A stretch of 32,000 bases of DNA, taken from Cereibacter sphaeroides 2.4.1 (GTDB lineage Bacteria; Pseudomonadota; Alphaproteobacteria; Rhodobacterales; Rhodobacteraceae). Shown here one piece after another: positions 1 to 9,730 of this stretch (position 1 is its first letter; every line of letters begins with the position of its first letter). Below the pieces are notes generated by a model, which did not search any database, was not told the DNA's origin, and saw only the letters and a program-made list of their open reading frames with translations. Location: the NCBI RefSeq assembly GCF_000012905.2, contig NC_007493.2:3000001-3032000 (forward strand), read 5' to 3'. The translations under genes and the position numbers were made by a program.

Positions 1-1571
1 CCGTACCCCTCGACACCCCGCGCAACGGCGCTCGCGGCCTCCTCCCCGAAGGCCATCACGGCGAAAGCTGTGCGTCGCATGCCATCCTGGCTGACCTGGA
101 TCCCCAGCTCGTTCAACTGCGACGGAGTGAAGCTGCTGCCCTCGAGAAGGGCCCTCCCCTTCTCCAGCAACTCGCGCTTCCTGTTGAAGCTCTCCCGCCG
201 CGCATCGCTGACGCAGCCCAGATCCAGCCCGATGGGCGTCAGGCGTTGGTCGGCATTGTCGGCGCGGAGAGACAGACGGAACTCGGCCCGCGACGTGAAC
301 ATCCGATAGGGTTCGGTGACGCCACGGCTCGTAAGATCGTCGATCATCACGCCGAGGTAGCTCCCCGAGCGGCTGAAGTGGAGCGGCTCGCGCTCCCGGA
401 TCGAAAGGGCCGCATTGAGCCCCGCCGCGAGCCCTTGGGCAGCGGCCTCTTCGTAACCGGTGGTGCCGTTGATCTGCCCGGCGAAGTAGAGCCCGCCAAG
501 TGCCTTCACTTCGAGAGTTGGACGGAGCTCACGCGGATCGAAATAGTCGTACTCAATCGCGTAGCCGGGCTGCAGGATGCGCACATCCTCGAGCCCGGCA
601 ATCGTGCGAACGTACGCCTCCTGAACCTCCGCTGGAAGAGAGGTCGAGATCCCGTTGGGATAGACGGTGTCATCATCGAGGCCTTCGGGCTCAAGAAAGA
701 CCTGATGCGCCTCCTTATCCGCGAAACGCACAATCTTGTCCTCGATGGACGGACAGTAGCGCGGCCCGACACCCTCGATATGGCCCCCATACATTGCGGA
801 GCGACTCAGGTTATCCCGCACGATCTGGTGAGTCCGTGCGTTCGTATGGGTGATCCCGCAGGCAATCTGACGCGCTTTGGGCGCCCGGTTCAGGAACGAG
901 AAGACAACCGGATCCTCGTCTCCCGGCTGCATCTCAAGCTCGGTCCAGCGAATCGTGCGGCCATCGAGGCGCGGCGGGGTGCCAGTTTTCAGCCGCCCGC
1001 GCGCCAGAGACAGCTCTCCCAAGACTGCCGCGAGCCGCTGCGATGGATCGTCGCCCATCCGACCCCCGGGACGCCGTTGGTCGCCGATATGAATAATGCC
1101 GTTCAGGAACGTCCCCGAGGTGAGGATCACCCGCCCTGCCCAGACACTCGTCCCGTCTGCCAACGAGACTCCCTGAACCCGACCGCCATTGACCTGCAGG
1201 TCGACGACCTCACCCTCAATAACCGTCAGACCGGGCTGCGCTGCCAGAAGCCGCTGCACGGCTTCACGATATAGCCGGCGATCCGCTTGGGCGCGCGGGC
1301 CTTGCACGGCCGGACCCTTCTTCCGATTCAGCAGGCGGAACTGGATGCCCGCCTCATCGGCCGCGCGGCCCATGATGCCGTCGAGTGCATCGATCTCGCG
1401 CACGAGGTGGCCTTTTCCAAGCCCACCGATGGCCGGGTTGCAGGACATGACGCCGAGCCCGGACTTGCGGAGGGTAAACAGCGCAACCTGAACGCCCATG
1501 CGCGCAGCAGCGGCAGCCGCTTCACAGCCGGCGTGCCCCCCACCGATGACAACAACGTCGAAATGTTTCAC
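1..1571 (-). CDS. mnmG: tRNA uridine-5-carboxymethylaminomethyl(34) synthesis enzyme MnmG (GidA); C-terminal part runs off the window
   Basis: My minus-strand translation from GTG at 1571 reads [26 protein letters not shown]...[21 protein letters not shown], and further down [21 protein letters not shown]. The frame is open to base 1, so it is absent from the closed-ORF track. There is an alternative in-frame GTG at 1580. Confidence 0.93.
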   Translation of the reverse strand, partial: MKHFDVVVIGGGHAGCEAAAAAARMGVQVALFTLRKSGLGVMSCNPAIGGLGKGHLVREIDALDGIMGRAADEAGIQFRLLNRKKGPAVQGPRAQADRRLYREAVQRLLAAQPGLTVIEGEVVDLQVNGGRVQGVSLADGTSVWAGRVILTSGTFLNGIIHIGDQRRPGGRMGDDPSQRLAAVLGELSLARGRLKTGTPPRLDGRTIRWTELEMQPGDEDPVVFSFLNRAPKARQIACGITHTNARTHQIVRDNLSRSAMYGGHIEGVGPRYCPSIEDKIVRFADKEAHQVFLEPEGLDDDTVYPNGISTSLPAEVQEAYVRTIAGLEDVRILQPGYAIEYDYFDPRELRPTLEVKALGGLYFAGQINGTTGYEEAAAQGLAAGLNAALSIREREPLHFSRSGSYLGVMIDDLTSRGVTEPYRMFTSRAEFRLSLRADNADQRLTPIGLDLGCVSDARRESFNRKRELLEKGRALLEGSSFTPSQLNELGIQVSQDGMRRTAFAVMAFGEEAASAVARGVEGY

Positions 1572-1582
1572 GTGAAACACCC

Positions 1583-2869
1583 TCACTTCCCGATGCAGAA
1601 GCTGGCAAAGATCTCGCCCAGAAGCGACTCCACATCCACCCTCCCCACGAGAGAGTCGAGGGAGCGGATCGCGCGTCGCAGGTCATCTGCCGCCAGTTCC
1701 GTGTGCTGTTGGCCCCTCAATAGCTCAGCCCGCACCGATTCCATAGCCCCGATTGCGCGTTCGATGGCGAGACGGTGCCGCTCGCGGGTCAAACTTCCGG
1801 CACCTGCAGTGCGTCCCAGAAGCCTCTCGCCGATGGCGGCCACGAGTTCTGGCACGCCCTCTCCCGTCCGGCCCGAGAGGCGCAGCCCCTGCCCCGGTCG
1901 AAGGTCTGCCTTTCCCTGCACAACCAGATCATCAGCCTGAACGGTGATGCCGGACAATGGTCCGCTGTCGTCCAGAAGGAAAACACGCAGGTCCGCGGCC
2001 TTGGCCCGGGTCACGGCGCGTTCGATGCCAAGGCTCTCGACAAGGTCCGACGTGTCCCGCAGTCCCGCCGTGTCCAGGAAGGTCACAGGAAGCCCGTCGA
2101 GATCCATCCGCACCTCGATTACATCGCGCGTCGTGCCGGCGATCTCAGAGGTGATCGCCGCCTCTCTTCGCGCCAGCGCATTGAGAAGCGTGGATTTCCC
2201 GGCATTGGGCGCGCCAACGATGGCGACCTCGAATCCGTCGCGGATCCGTTCCGCAATCCGCGATCCGTCGACCTCCCGCCGAAGATCCGCCAACAGGCCG
2301 TCGATCAGGGTCAGCACTTCGGGCGTCACATCGACCGGCACATCCTCATCGGCGAAATCGATGGTCGCCTCGAGCAGCGCCGCTGCCCGAATGAGGTCCG
2401 CCCGCCACCGCTCTGCCCGCTCACCGATGGCGCCGGAAAAGACCCGCATCGCCTGACGGCGCTGAGCTTCCGTCTCGGCATCGATCAGGTCAGCCAGCCC
2501 CTCGACCTGCGCGAGGTCGAGCCGACCGTTCTCCAGGGCCCGGCGGGTGAACTCCCCGGCTTCGGCCGCCCTCAGCCCGGGCAGGCCGGACAGGACCCGG
2601 AGCACCGAAGAGACGGCAGCAGGACTACCATGGAGATGCAGTTCGGCCGAGGTTTCACCAGTGAAACTGGCGCCAGCGCCGAAGAGCAGCACCAGCGCTT
2701 CGTCGAGAACTTCACCGTTCCACGTCAGACGCCGCAGGGCGGCGTGCCGGAGAGAAGGCAAAGGAACGCCGAACGCCTGCACCGCCTCATGCGACCGCGG
2801 TCCGGAAAGGCGCAAAACCGCCACTCCGGCCTTGCCGCGTGCGCTGGCCAAGGCGTAGATCGTGTCCAT
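1583..2869 (-). CDS. mnmE: tRNA modification GTPase MnmE (TrmE)
   Basis: 428-aa ORF starting [23 protein letters not shown], with G-domain [12 protein letters not shown] and DTAG motifs and the C-terminal CIGK tetrapeptide typical of MnmE. It sits directly upstream of mnmG. Confidence 0.95.
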
Positions 2870-2894
2870 TCCGGCGTCCTGTCGAGCGGGTCGC

Positions 2895-4163
2895 TCAGGT
2901 GTTCATGGAATCGAAGAATTCCGCGTTGCTCTTGGTCTGCCGCAGCTTGGAGATCAGGAACTCGATCGCATCGGTGGTGCCCATCGGGTTCAGGATGCGG
3001 CGCAGGACATAGGTCTTCTGCAGATCGGACTTGTCGACCAGCAGATCCTCTTTCCGGGTGCCAGATTTGAGGATGTCCATGGCGGGGAACACGCGCTTGT
3101 CGGCGACCTTCCGGTCAAGGACGATCTCGGAGTTGCCGGTACCCTTGAATTCTTCGAAGATCACTTCGTCCATCCGGCTGCCGGTATCGATCAGGGCGGT
3201 CGCGATGATCGTCAGCGACCCGCCTTCCTCGATGTTCCGCGCTGCGCCGAAAAACCTTTTCGGACGCTGAAGCGCGTTGGCATCGACGCCGCCGGTCAGC
3301 ACCTTGCCGGACGAGGGCACCACGGTGTTGAAGGCGCGCCCGAGGCGGGTGATCGAGTCGAGCAGGATCACCACGTCGCGCTTGTGCTCGACGAGGCGCT
3401 TGGCCTTCTCAATGACCATCTCGGCCACGGCGACGTGCCGCGTGGCGGGCTCGTCGAAGGTCGAGGAGACGACCTCCCCCTTCACCGACCGCTGCATGTC
3501 CGTGACCTCCTCGGGCCGCTCGTCGATGAGCAGCACGATCAGGTAGCACTCGGGGTGATTGGTCGCGATGGAGTGGGCGATGTTCTGCAGGAGCACCGTC
3601 TTGCCGGTCCGCGGCGGCGCCACGATCAGCCCGCGCTGCCCCTTCCCGATCGGCGCCACCAGATCGATGATGCGCGCGGAACGGTCCTTCATCGTGGGAT
3701 CGTCGACTTCCATCTTCAGCCGTTCATCGGGATAGAGCGGCGTGAGGTTGTCGAAGTGCACCTTGTGGCGCGCCCGTTCGGGATCGTCGAAGTTGATCTT
3801 CGTCACCCGCGTCAGGCTGAAATAGCGTTCGTTCTCGCGGGGCGCGACGATCACGCCCTCGATCGTGTCGCCGGTGCGCAACGAGAACTGACGCAGGATC
3901 TCGGGCGAGACGTAGATGTCGTCCGGGCCCGGCAGATAGTTGGCCTCGGGCGAGCGCAGGAAGCCGAAACCGTCCTGCAGCACCTCGAGCACGCCGTCTC
4001 CGCCGACTTCGTAGCCTTCCTCCGCATGTTCCTTGAGGATCGAGAACATCATCTCGCCCTTCCGCATGGAAGGCGCGTTCTCGATCTCCCACTCCTCGGC
4101 CATGGCCAGTAGATCGGCCGGAGTCTTGGCCTTCAGGTCAGCGAGGTTGAGACGTTCGTTCAT
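2895..4163 (-). CDS. rho: transcription termination factor Rho
   Basis: 422-aa ORF. It has the N-terminal [19 protein letters not shown]..., the Walker A motif PPRTGKT, and [17 protein letters not shown]. Confidence 0.97.
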
Positions 4164-4304
4164 GGCACTCTGCGCTCGTCAGGAGCGCCTCCGGAAGGGG
4201 GAGTCGCTGCAGCATAGGATGGGAAGATGCAATGGACCGGACGGCCCTGCAAGGCCGCACATAGGCGCTGCGACGCCGCGAGTCAATGATCTTGGGCCGG
4301 GGGC

Positions 4305-4769
4305 TCAGAAGCCCCAGTAGTTCCATTTCGCCACAGCGGAGAAGACGATCACCAGCATGAGGAGCGTCGGAAGCTCGTTCATCATGCGGTAGGTGCGCCC
4401 CTTGTGGCGGTTGGCGCCCGCCGCGAAGTCGCGCCGGCGGGCCGCGAGCCACATGTGAAATCCGGTCATCGCCAGAACGCAGGCGGCCTTCGTCCAGGGC
4501 CAGAGCATCGACCAGTCGACGATGCCCGGCGTGAAGACGAGGAGCAGGCCGAAGATCCAGGTCGCGATCATGGCCGGGTTCATGATCGCCCTCAGAAGCC
4601 GCCGCTCCATTGTCTGGAACAGCGCGTCCGTCTCGGTTCCGGCTTTCACGACCTCGGCGTGATAGACGAAGAGCCGGGGCAGGTAGAACAGCCCCGCCAT
4701 CCAGGCCAGCACCGAAATCACATGCAGCGACTTGGTCCACAGGTAGTAGTCGGCCAGGAACGTGCCCAT
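4305..4769 (-). CDS. hemJ: protoporphyrinogen oxidase HemJ (UPF0093/CopD-like membrane protein)
   Basis: The ORF contains WTKSLHVISVLAWMAGLFYLPRLFVYHAE, the HemJ signature as I remember it, and about 4 TM segments. I chose the ATG at 4769 (MGTFLADYY) because GAGGAG lies 6 nt upstream. An alternative ATG at 4796 exists. The 4949 start in the track is unlikely. Confidence 0.8.
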   Translation of the reverse strand: MGTFLADYYLWTKSLHVISVLAWMAGLFYLPRLFVYHAEVVKAGTETDALFQTMERRLLRAIMNPAMIATWIFGLLLVFTPGIVDWSMLWPWTKAACVLAMTGFHMWLAARRRDFAAGANRHKGRTYRMMNELPTLLMLVIVFSAVAKWNYWGF

Positions 4770-5184
4770 CGTCGTCTCCTCGAAGTGGTCGGCCATCCTC
4801 ATAAGAAAAGAAAGATTAGAAGGGAATGATGCAGTAGGGCGCAGGGATAACTGGATTTCCGATCTTACCCCTGCGCTTTTCCACAGGATCCCGCCTGGGG
4901 GCAGCGGTGTGTATAAGTGTGGAGAATTTCCGGACCCTCCGTGAAACACAAATCCGAACAGTGTGTTGCAGGAATTATTCTGTGTGGATAAGTTTCAGGC
5001 CGCTCCCCCCAGCCATGGGAGAGATGGATCGTCCACGGGAGGCGGGAAGCTTCGTCCACGAGTGGACAACTGTGGCTCTTTGCCCGATAACATGGCATCT
5101 TGACGGCCCATCGGTCGCCGACAGCCCGGCTTGTGCCGGATTCGCCGTCAGGAACAGAAGCAGACTATCCACAGCCTCCTCCCC
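4770..5184. other. candidate chromosomal replication origin (oriC) in the divergent hemJ/maf spacer
   Basis: Visibly AT-richer than its flanks. DnaA-box matches to TTATCCACA: TGTGGATAA at 4983-4991 (perfect, minus), TTTTCCACA at 4877-4885, TGTGGAGAA at 4918-4926 and CTATCCACA at 5165-5173 (one mismatch each). The neighbourhood rho-hemJ / maf-aroE-coaE-dnaQ is the conserved alphaproteobacterial origin neighbourhood as I remember it from Caulobacter and Rickettsia. Confidence 0.5.
4983..4991 (-). promoter_or_regulatory. perfect consensus DnaA box (TTATCCACA on the minus strand)
   Basis: The plus strand reads TGTGGATAA, an exact reverse complement of the 9-mer consensus. Confidence 0.6.
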
Positions 5185-5778
5185 ATGCGCCTTCTCCTCG
5201 CCTCTGCCTCGGAAACGCGGCTCGCGCTCCTTCGGGCCGCGGGGCTGGAGCTCGACGCCCTGCCCGCCCGCATCGACGAAGAGGGCGTGCGCGCGGCGCT
5301 GGAGGCCGAGGGCGCCTCGCCGCTCGACGTGGCCGACACGCTGGCCGAGATGAAGGCGCAGAAGCTGGCCGAGCGGCACCGCGAGGCGCTGGTTCTGGGC
5401 TGCGATCAGGTGCTGGCCTTCCGCCGCGAGGTCTGGGGCAAGGCCCCCTCGCCCGAGGCGCTGCGCGCCCAGCTCCTCCGGCTGCGGGGCGAGACCCACA
5501 AGCTGATCTCGGCCCTCGTCCTCTACGAGGAGGGCCGCCCGGTCTGGCGCCATGCGGGCGAGGTGCGGCTCACCATGCGCGAGTGTTCCGACGGCTGGAT
5601 TGACGGCTACATCGCCCGCAACTGGGAGACCGTGCGCCATTCGGTCGGAGGCTACCACCTCGAAGGCGAGGGGGTGCGGCTGTTCTCGGCCGTCGAGGGG
5701 GATTATTTCACCGTCCTCGGCCTGCCGCTCCTGCCGCTCTTGAATTATCTGGGTCAAAGAGGCTTCATTCCGACATGA
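5185..5778 (+). CDS. maf: Maf-like nucleoside triphosphate pyrophosphatase
   Basis: The sequence [32 protein letters not shown]... matches the Maf N-terminal pattern (LASxSxxRxxLL...iDE). I take the start at the internal ATG 5185 of ORF 5131..5778. The stop overlaps the aroE start (ATGA). Confidence 0.85.
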
Positions 5779-6614
5779 CGGAACTCACGCGGATCCCGCT
5801 GGCGGGGGTGATCGGATCGCCCATCGCCCACAGCCGGTCGCCGGCGCTGCATGGCTACTGGCTGAAGCGCTATGGGCTGAAGGGCCACTATATTCCGATG
5901 GATGTGGCGCAGGCCGACCTGCGCGACGTGCTGGCCGCGATGCCGCGGATGGGGTTCGTGGGCTGCAACGTGACGATCCCGCACAAGGAATCGGTGATCG
6001 GTCTGGCCGATATCGTGACCGACCGCGCGGCGCTGATCGGTGCGGCCAACACGCTGATCTTCGGCAAGGACGGCAAGATCCACGCCGACAACACCGACGG
6101 GACCGGCTTCACCGCCAACCTGCGCCAGAATGCGCCCGCCTGGCAGCCCCAGTCGGGGCCGGCGGTGGTCTGGGGCGCGGGCGGGGCCGCGCGCGCCGTC
6201 ATCGCCGCGCTGATCGAGGTGGGCGTGCCCGAAATCCGGCTCGCGAACCGCAGCCGGGCGCGGGCCGACGCGCTCCGCTCGGACTTCGGCGCCAAGGTGC
6301 ATGTGCATGACTGGGTGCAGGCCGGCAACATCCTCGAAGATGCGATGACGGTCGTGAACACCACCTCGCTCGGCATGGTGGGCAAGCCCGAGTTTCGTGT
6401 TCCGCTCGATGCGCTGAACCCGAAGGCCGTGGTGACGGATCTCGTCTATGCGCCGCTGCGGACGCGGCTTCTGGTCGAGGCCGAGGCGGCGGGCTGCCGG
6501 ACCGTGGACGGGCTCGGGATGCTCCTGCACCAGGCCGCTCCCGGCTTCGAGCGCTGGTTCGGCGTCCGCCCCGAGGTGGATGAGGAGACCCGGGCCGCCG
6601 TGCTGGCCACATGA
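5775..6614 (+). CDS. aroE: shikimate dehydrogenase (NADP+)
   Basis: 279 aa. It contains [27 protein letters not shown] and NTDGTGF motifs and the Rossmann motif GAGGAARAV. Confidence 0.95.
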
Positions 6615-7204
6615 GGCCCTTCCGCCTCGGCCTGACCGGCTCGATCGGCATGGGCAAGTCCACCACGGCCGCCCTCTTCGCCGAGGAAGGCGTGCCGGTC
6701 TGGGATGCCGATGCCGCCGTCCATCGGCTCTACGCGCCCGGAGGCGCGCTGGTGGGCCCGGTGGCGGCCCTCTGCCCGGCCGCGCTCAAGGGCGGCGCGG
6801 TGGACCGCGGCGCGCTCCGCGACTGGATCGCGGCCGACCCCACGGCCCTGCCCCGGCTCGAGGCGCTGGTCCATCCGGCGGTCGCGGCCGACCGGGCCGC
6901 CTTCCTCGCCCACGCCCGCACAGACATCGTGCTTCTCGACATCCCGCTCCTCTACGAGAAGGGCTCCGAGGCCGAGATGGATGCCGTGCTGCTCGTCACC
7001 GCGCCGCCCGTGCTGCAGCGGGCCCGTGTGCTCGGGCGCGGCACCATGACCGAAGCGCAGTTCGAGGCGATCCTCGCCCGCCAGATGCCCGACCGCGAGA
7101 AGCGTGCCCGGGCGACCCATATCCTCGAGACGCTGGGCCTTGAGGCCGCACGCGCCTATGTCCGGGCGCTCATCGCCCATATCCGGGAGACCGCCGATGC
7201 GTGA
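6611..7204 (+). CDS. coaE: dephospho-CoA kinase
   Basis: 197 aa with P-loop GLTGSIGMGKST followed by DADAAVHRLY. It shows ATGA coupling with aroE. Confidence 0.94.
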   Translation: MRPFRLGLTGSIGMGKSTTAALFAEEGVPVWDADAAVHRLYAPGGALVGPVAALCPAALKGGAVDRGALRDWIAADPTALPRLEALVHPAVAADRAAFLAHARTDIVLLDIPLLYEKGSEAEMDAVLLVTAPPVLQRARVLGRGTMTEAQFEAILARQMPDREKRARATHILETLGLEAARAYVRALIAHIRETADA

Positions 7205-7886
7205 GATCGTCCTCGACACCGAAACCACCGGCTTCGAGCCCTCCGAGGGGCACCGGATCGTCGAGATCGGCGCGGTCGAGCTCTTCAACCACATGCCGAC
7301 GGGGCGCACCTACCACCAGTATATCAACCCCGAGCGCCCGATGCCGAACGAGGCCTTCGAGGTTCACGGCCTCGGAGACGAGTTCCTGCGCGACAAGCCG
7401 GTCTTTGCGGCCATCGGACGCGCCTTCCTCGATTTCGTGGGCGAGGCCCGCCTCGTGATCCACAACGCCGCCTTCGACATGAAATTCCTGAATTTCGAGC
7501 TCGGGCGCGCCGGCCTGCCCCGCCTCGCGCCCGATCAGGCGCTCGACACGCTGGCCCTGGCGCGGCAGCGGTTTCCGGGCGCGCCCGCCACGCTCGATGC
7601 GCTGTGCCGCCGCTTCGGCGTCGACAATTCGGCGCGCGAAAAGCACGGGGCGCTGCTCGACAGCGAGATCCTGGCAGAGGTCTATCTGGAACTGATCGGC
7701 GGGCGGCAGCCGGATTTCGGACTGGCCAGCTCGGCCGGTGCGCGTCCGGGCAGCCCGGAGGGCGAATGGCGCCCGCGTCCCCGGCCCGTGGCGCTGCCGC
7801 CGCGCATCACCGAGGAAGAGGCCGCCGCCCATGCTGCCTTCGTGGCGAAGCTGGGCGACGGCGCGATCTGGCTCAAACGGGCCTGA
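7197..7886 (+). CDS. dnaQ: DNA polymerase III epsilon subunit (3'-5' exonuclease)
   Basis: MREIVLDTETTGFEPSEGHRIVEIGAVEL carries the ExoI DTET motif; later motifs are HNAAFDMKFL and HGALLDSEILAEVYLEL. I take the internal ATG 7197 of ORF 7104..7886, which overlaps the coaE end. Confidence 0.93.
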   Translation: MREIVLDTETTGFEPSEGHRIVEIGAVELFNHMPTGRTYHQYINPERPMPNEAFEVHGLGDEFLRDKPVFAAIGRAFLDFVGEARLVIHNAAFDMKFLNFELGRAGLPRLAPDQALDTLALARQRFPGAPATLDALCRRFGVDNSAREKHGALLDSEILAEVYLELIGGRQPDFGLASSAGARPGSPEGEWRPRPRPVALPPRITEEEAAAHAAFVAKLGDGAIWLKRA

Positions 7887-7889
7887 GCC

Positions 7890-8390
7890 TCACTGGACGG
7901 GCTGGGCCGCCTTCTGCGCCTCGGCGCGGCGGGCCAGCTCCATCCGGTAGAGCGCGAGGAAATCGACCGTGTCGACGTTCAGCGGCGGGAAGCCGCCGTC
8001 GCGCGTCACGTCCGAGATGATGCGGCGCACGAAGGGAAACAGCAGGCGCGGGCATTCGATCAGCAGGAACGGATGCAGCTGGTCTTCCGGCACGTTCTCG
8101 ACATGGAAGATCCCGCCGTAGTCGAGCTCGAGCAGAAACAGCGTCTCGGCCGAGCCCGACTTGTTCTTCGAGGTCACCTTGAACTTGGTGATGACCTCAT
8201 ACTGATGTTCCACCGACCGTTTGCGGGCGTCGAGGCTCACCTGCACCTGAATGTCGGGCTGGACGTCGCCGCCCTGAAGGCCCTTCTGGGCCACCATGTT
8301 CTCGAAGGACATGTCGCGCACATATTGCGCGAGCACCTGCATCCGGATCTGCGGTGCGGCCTCTGCGGGCGCTCCATTGGCATCGGTCAT
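7890..8390 (-). CDS. secB: protein-export chaperone SecB
   Basis: The ORF contains QIRMQVLAQYVRDMSFEN and LLIECPRLLFPFVRRIISDVTRDGGFPPL. I take the ATG at 8390, which has GGGAGAGA upstream. The track start at 8417 is less likely. Confidence 0.9.
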   Translation of the reverse strand: MTDANGAPAEAAPQIRMQVLAQYVRDMSFENMVAQKGLQGGDVQPDIQVQVSLDARKRSVEHQYEVITKFKVTSKNKSGSAETLFLLELDYGGIFHVENVPEDQLHPFLLIECPRLLFPFVRRIISDVTRDGGFPPLNVDTVDFLALYRMELARRAEAQKAAQPVQ

Positions 8391-8450
8391 CGTGTCTCTC
8401 CCTGGGTCACGGGCCATTTGCGGCCGGTGTATCAGGTCGACGGCTGCGCC

Positions 8451-8927
8451 TCAATGCCGCGTCCAGCCGGAGCTGCCCGGCGGCTGCGACGGCGGAGCCA
8501 GCGGATCGCGCACGGGCTCGACCTCGTGATAGTCCGCCTCGATGGGCGCATCGTCCCGCACCGGCCCGCGCCAGGTCGTGCTGCGCACCTGCACATTGCG
8601 CCCGAGGCGGCGGATCAGCGCCCGCCGGACCGGCGGGATCAGAAGCAGCAGACCCACCGTGTCGGTGAAGAAGCCGGGCAGGATCAGCAGAGCCGCCGCC
8701 AGCGACACGGCAGCGCCGTCGGCCATCAGCGCCAGCGGATCCATCCGCCGCGGCATCTGCAGCGCGGCCTGCATCTCGACCCCCTGCCGCCGCAGCAGGA
8801 AGACACCGAGCGCGGCCGTCCCGAAGATGATGAGCAGCGTGGCCAGAAGGCCGATCGCGCCGCCGATGGTGACGAACAGCGCGATCTCGAGGATCGGCAG
8901 CGCGAGGATGGCCGCAAGTGGCCTCAT
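8451..8927 (-). CDS. fxsA: FxsA family inner-membrane protein
   Basis: 158 aa with N-terminal TM helices and the LPGFFTDTVGLLLLIPPVRR motif characteristic of FxsA. GAGGAGA lies 6 nt upstream of the ATG. Confidence 0.85.
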   Translation of the reverse strand: MRPLAAILALPILEIALFVTIGGAIGLLATLLIIFGTAALGVFLLRRQGVEMQAALQMPRRMDPLALMADGAAVSLAAALLILPGFFTDTVGLLLLIPPVRRALIRRLGRNVQVRSTTWRGPVRDDAPIEADYHEVEPVRDPLAPPSQPPGSSGWTRH

Positions 8928-9070
8928 GGGATGTCTCCTCTATCGAACGTCTTGCAGGCGCGGCGGTGGACTTGCCGCGGGGCCTCCCCTACATAGGGAG
9001 GGATCGCTATCCATACCAACCCCGATATGCCGCGGGACTTCAGGCCCGACGCCCCCGACCGAGGTTAAAA

Positions 9071-9730
9071 ATGAGTTCGTCCCTGATCCAACTGCTGGTG
9101 CTGGCCGGGATCGCCGTCTTTCTGATCATCAAGCTCAAGAGTGTTCTGGGCACGCGCGAGGGCTTCGAGAAGCCTGCGGTGCCGCTCGAAGATCCCAAAC
9201 CGCGTACCCGGCGCGACTTCGAGGTGATCGAGGGCGGACCCGACCGCGACATCATCGACCATGTGACCGATGGCAGCCCCTCGGCCAAGGCGCTGGCGGG
9301 CATGAAGATGGCCGAACCGGGCTTCTCGGTGTCGGAATTCCTCACCGGCGCCCGCGGCGCTTATGAAATGATCGTGATGGCCTTCGAGAAGGGCGAGCTG
9401 GAGCAGATCCGGCCCTTCCTCTCGTCGGACGTGTTCGAAAGCTTCGAGGAGGCCGTGAAGGCCCGCGAGGCCGAGGGCCTGAGCGTCGAGGCCACTTTCC
9501 TCGGCCTGCGCGAAATCGATATCCACGAGGCCTCGTTCGACCGCGACACCCGCGTAGGCCAGGTGGCCGTGCGCTTCGTGGGCGAGCTGACCTCGGTTGT
9601 GCGCGACCGGACGGGTCAGGTGATCGAGGGCAGCCCGACCGAGGTCAAGCGTCAGCGCGACGTCTGGACGTTCGAGCGCCGCATGGGCGCGAACGACCCG
9701 AACTGGCAACTCGTCGCCACCGGGGAGTGA
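9071..9730 (+). CDS. Tim44-like domain protein (N-terminal TM anchor)
   Basis: It starts MSSSLIQLLVLAGIAVFLIIKLKSVLG... and has a C-terminal WTFERRMGANDPNWQLVAT, typical of the bacterial Tim44/TimA family. The ATG at 9071 is preceded by GAGG. This is the conserved secB-tim44-mltA neighbourhood. Confidence 0.85.
   Translation: MSSSLIQLLVLAGIAVFLIIKLKSVLGTREGFEKPAVPLEDPKPRTRRDFEVIEGGPDRDIIDHVTDGSPSAKALAGMKMAEPGFSVSEFLTGARGAYEMIVMAFEKGELEQIRPFLSSDVFESFEEAVKAREAEGLSVEATFLGLREIDIHEASFDRDTRVGQVAVRFVGELTSVVRDRTGQVIEGSPTEVKRQRDVWTFERRMGANDPNWQLVATGE

Noticed and set aside
246-4112. Plus-strand ORFs 246..1274 (342 aa), 1775..3070 (431 aa) and 2862..4112 (416 aa)
   Set aside because: They are antisense to mnmG, mnmE and rho respectively, and all three real genes carry unmistakable signatures.
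4800-5184. CtrA (TTAA-N7-TTAA) boxes and clustered GANTC methylation sites in the origin candidate
   Set aside because: I found no TTAA-N7-TTAA. The only GANTC I found is GATTC, near 5148. Caulobacter-type CtrA/CcrM control is therefore not supported by the sequence.
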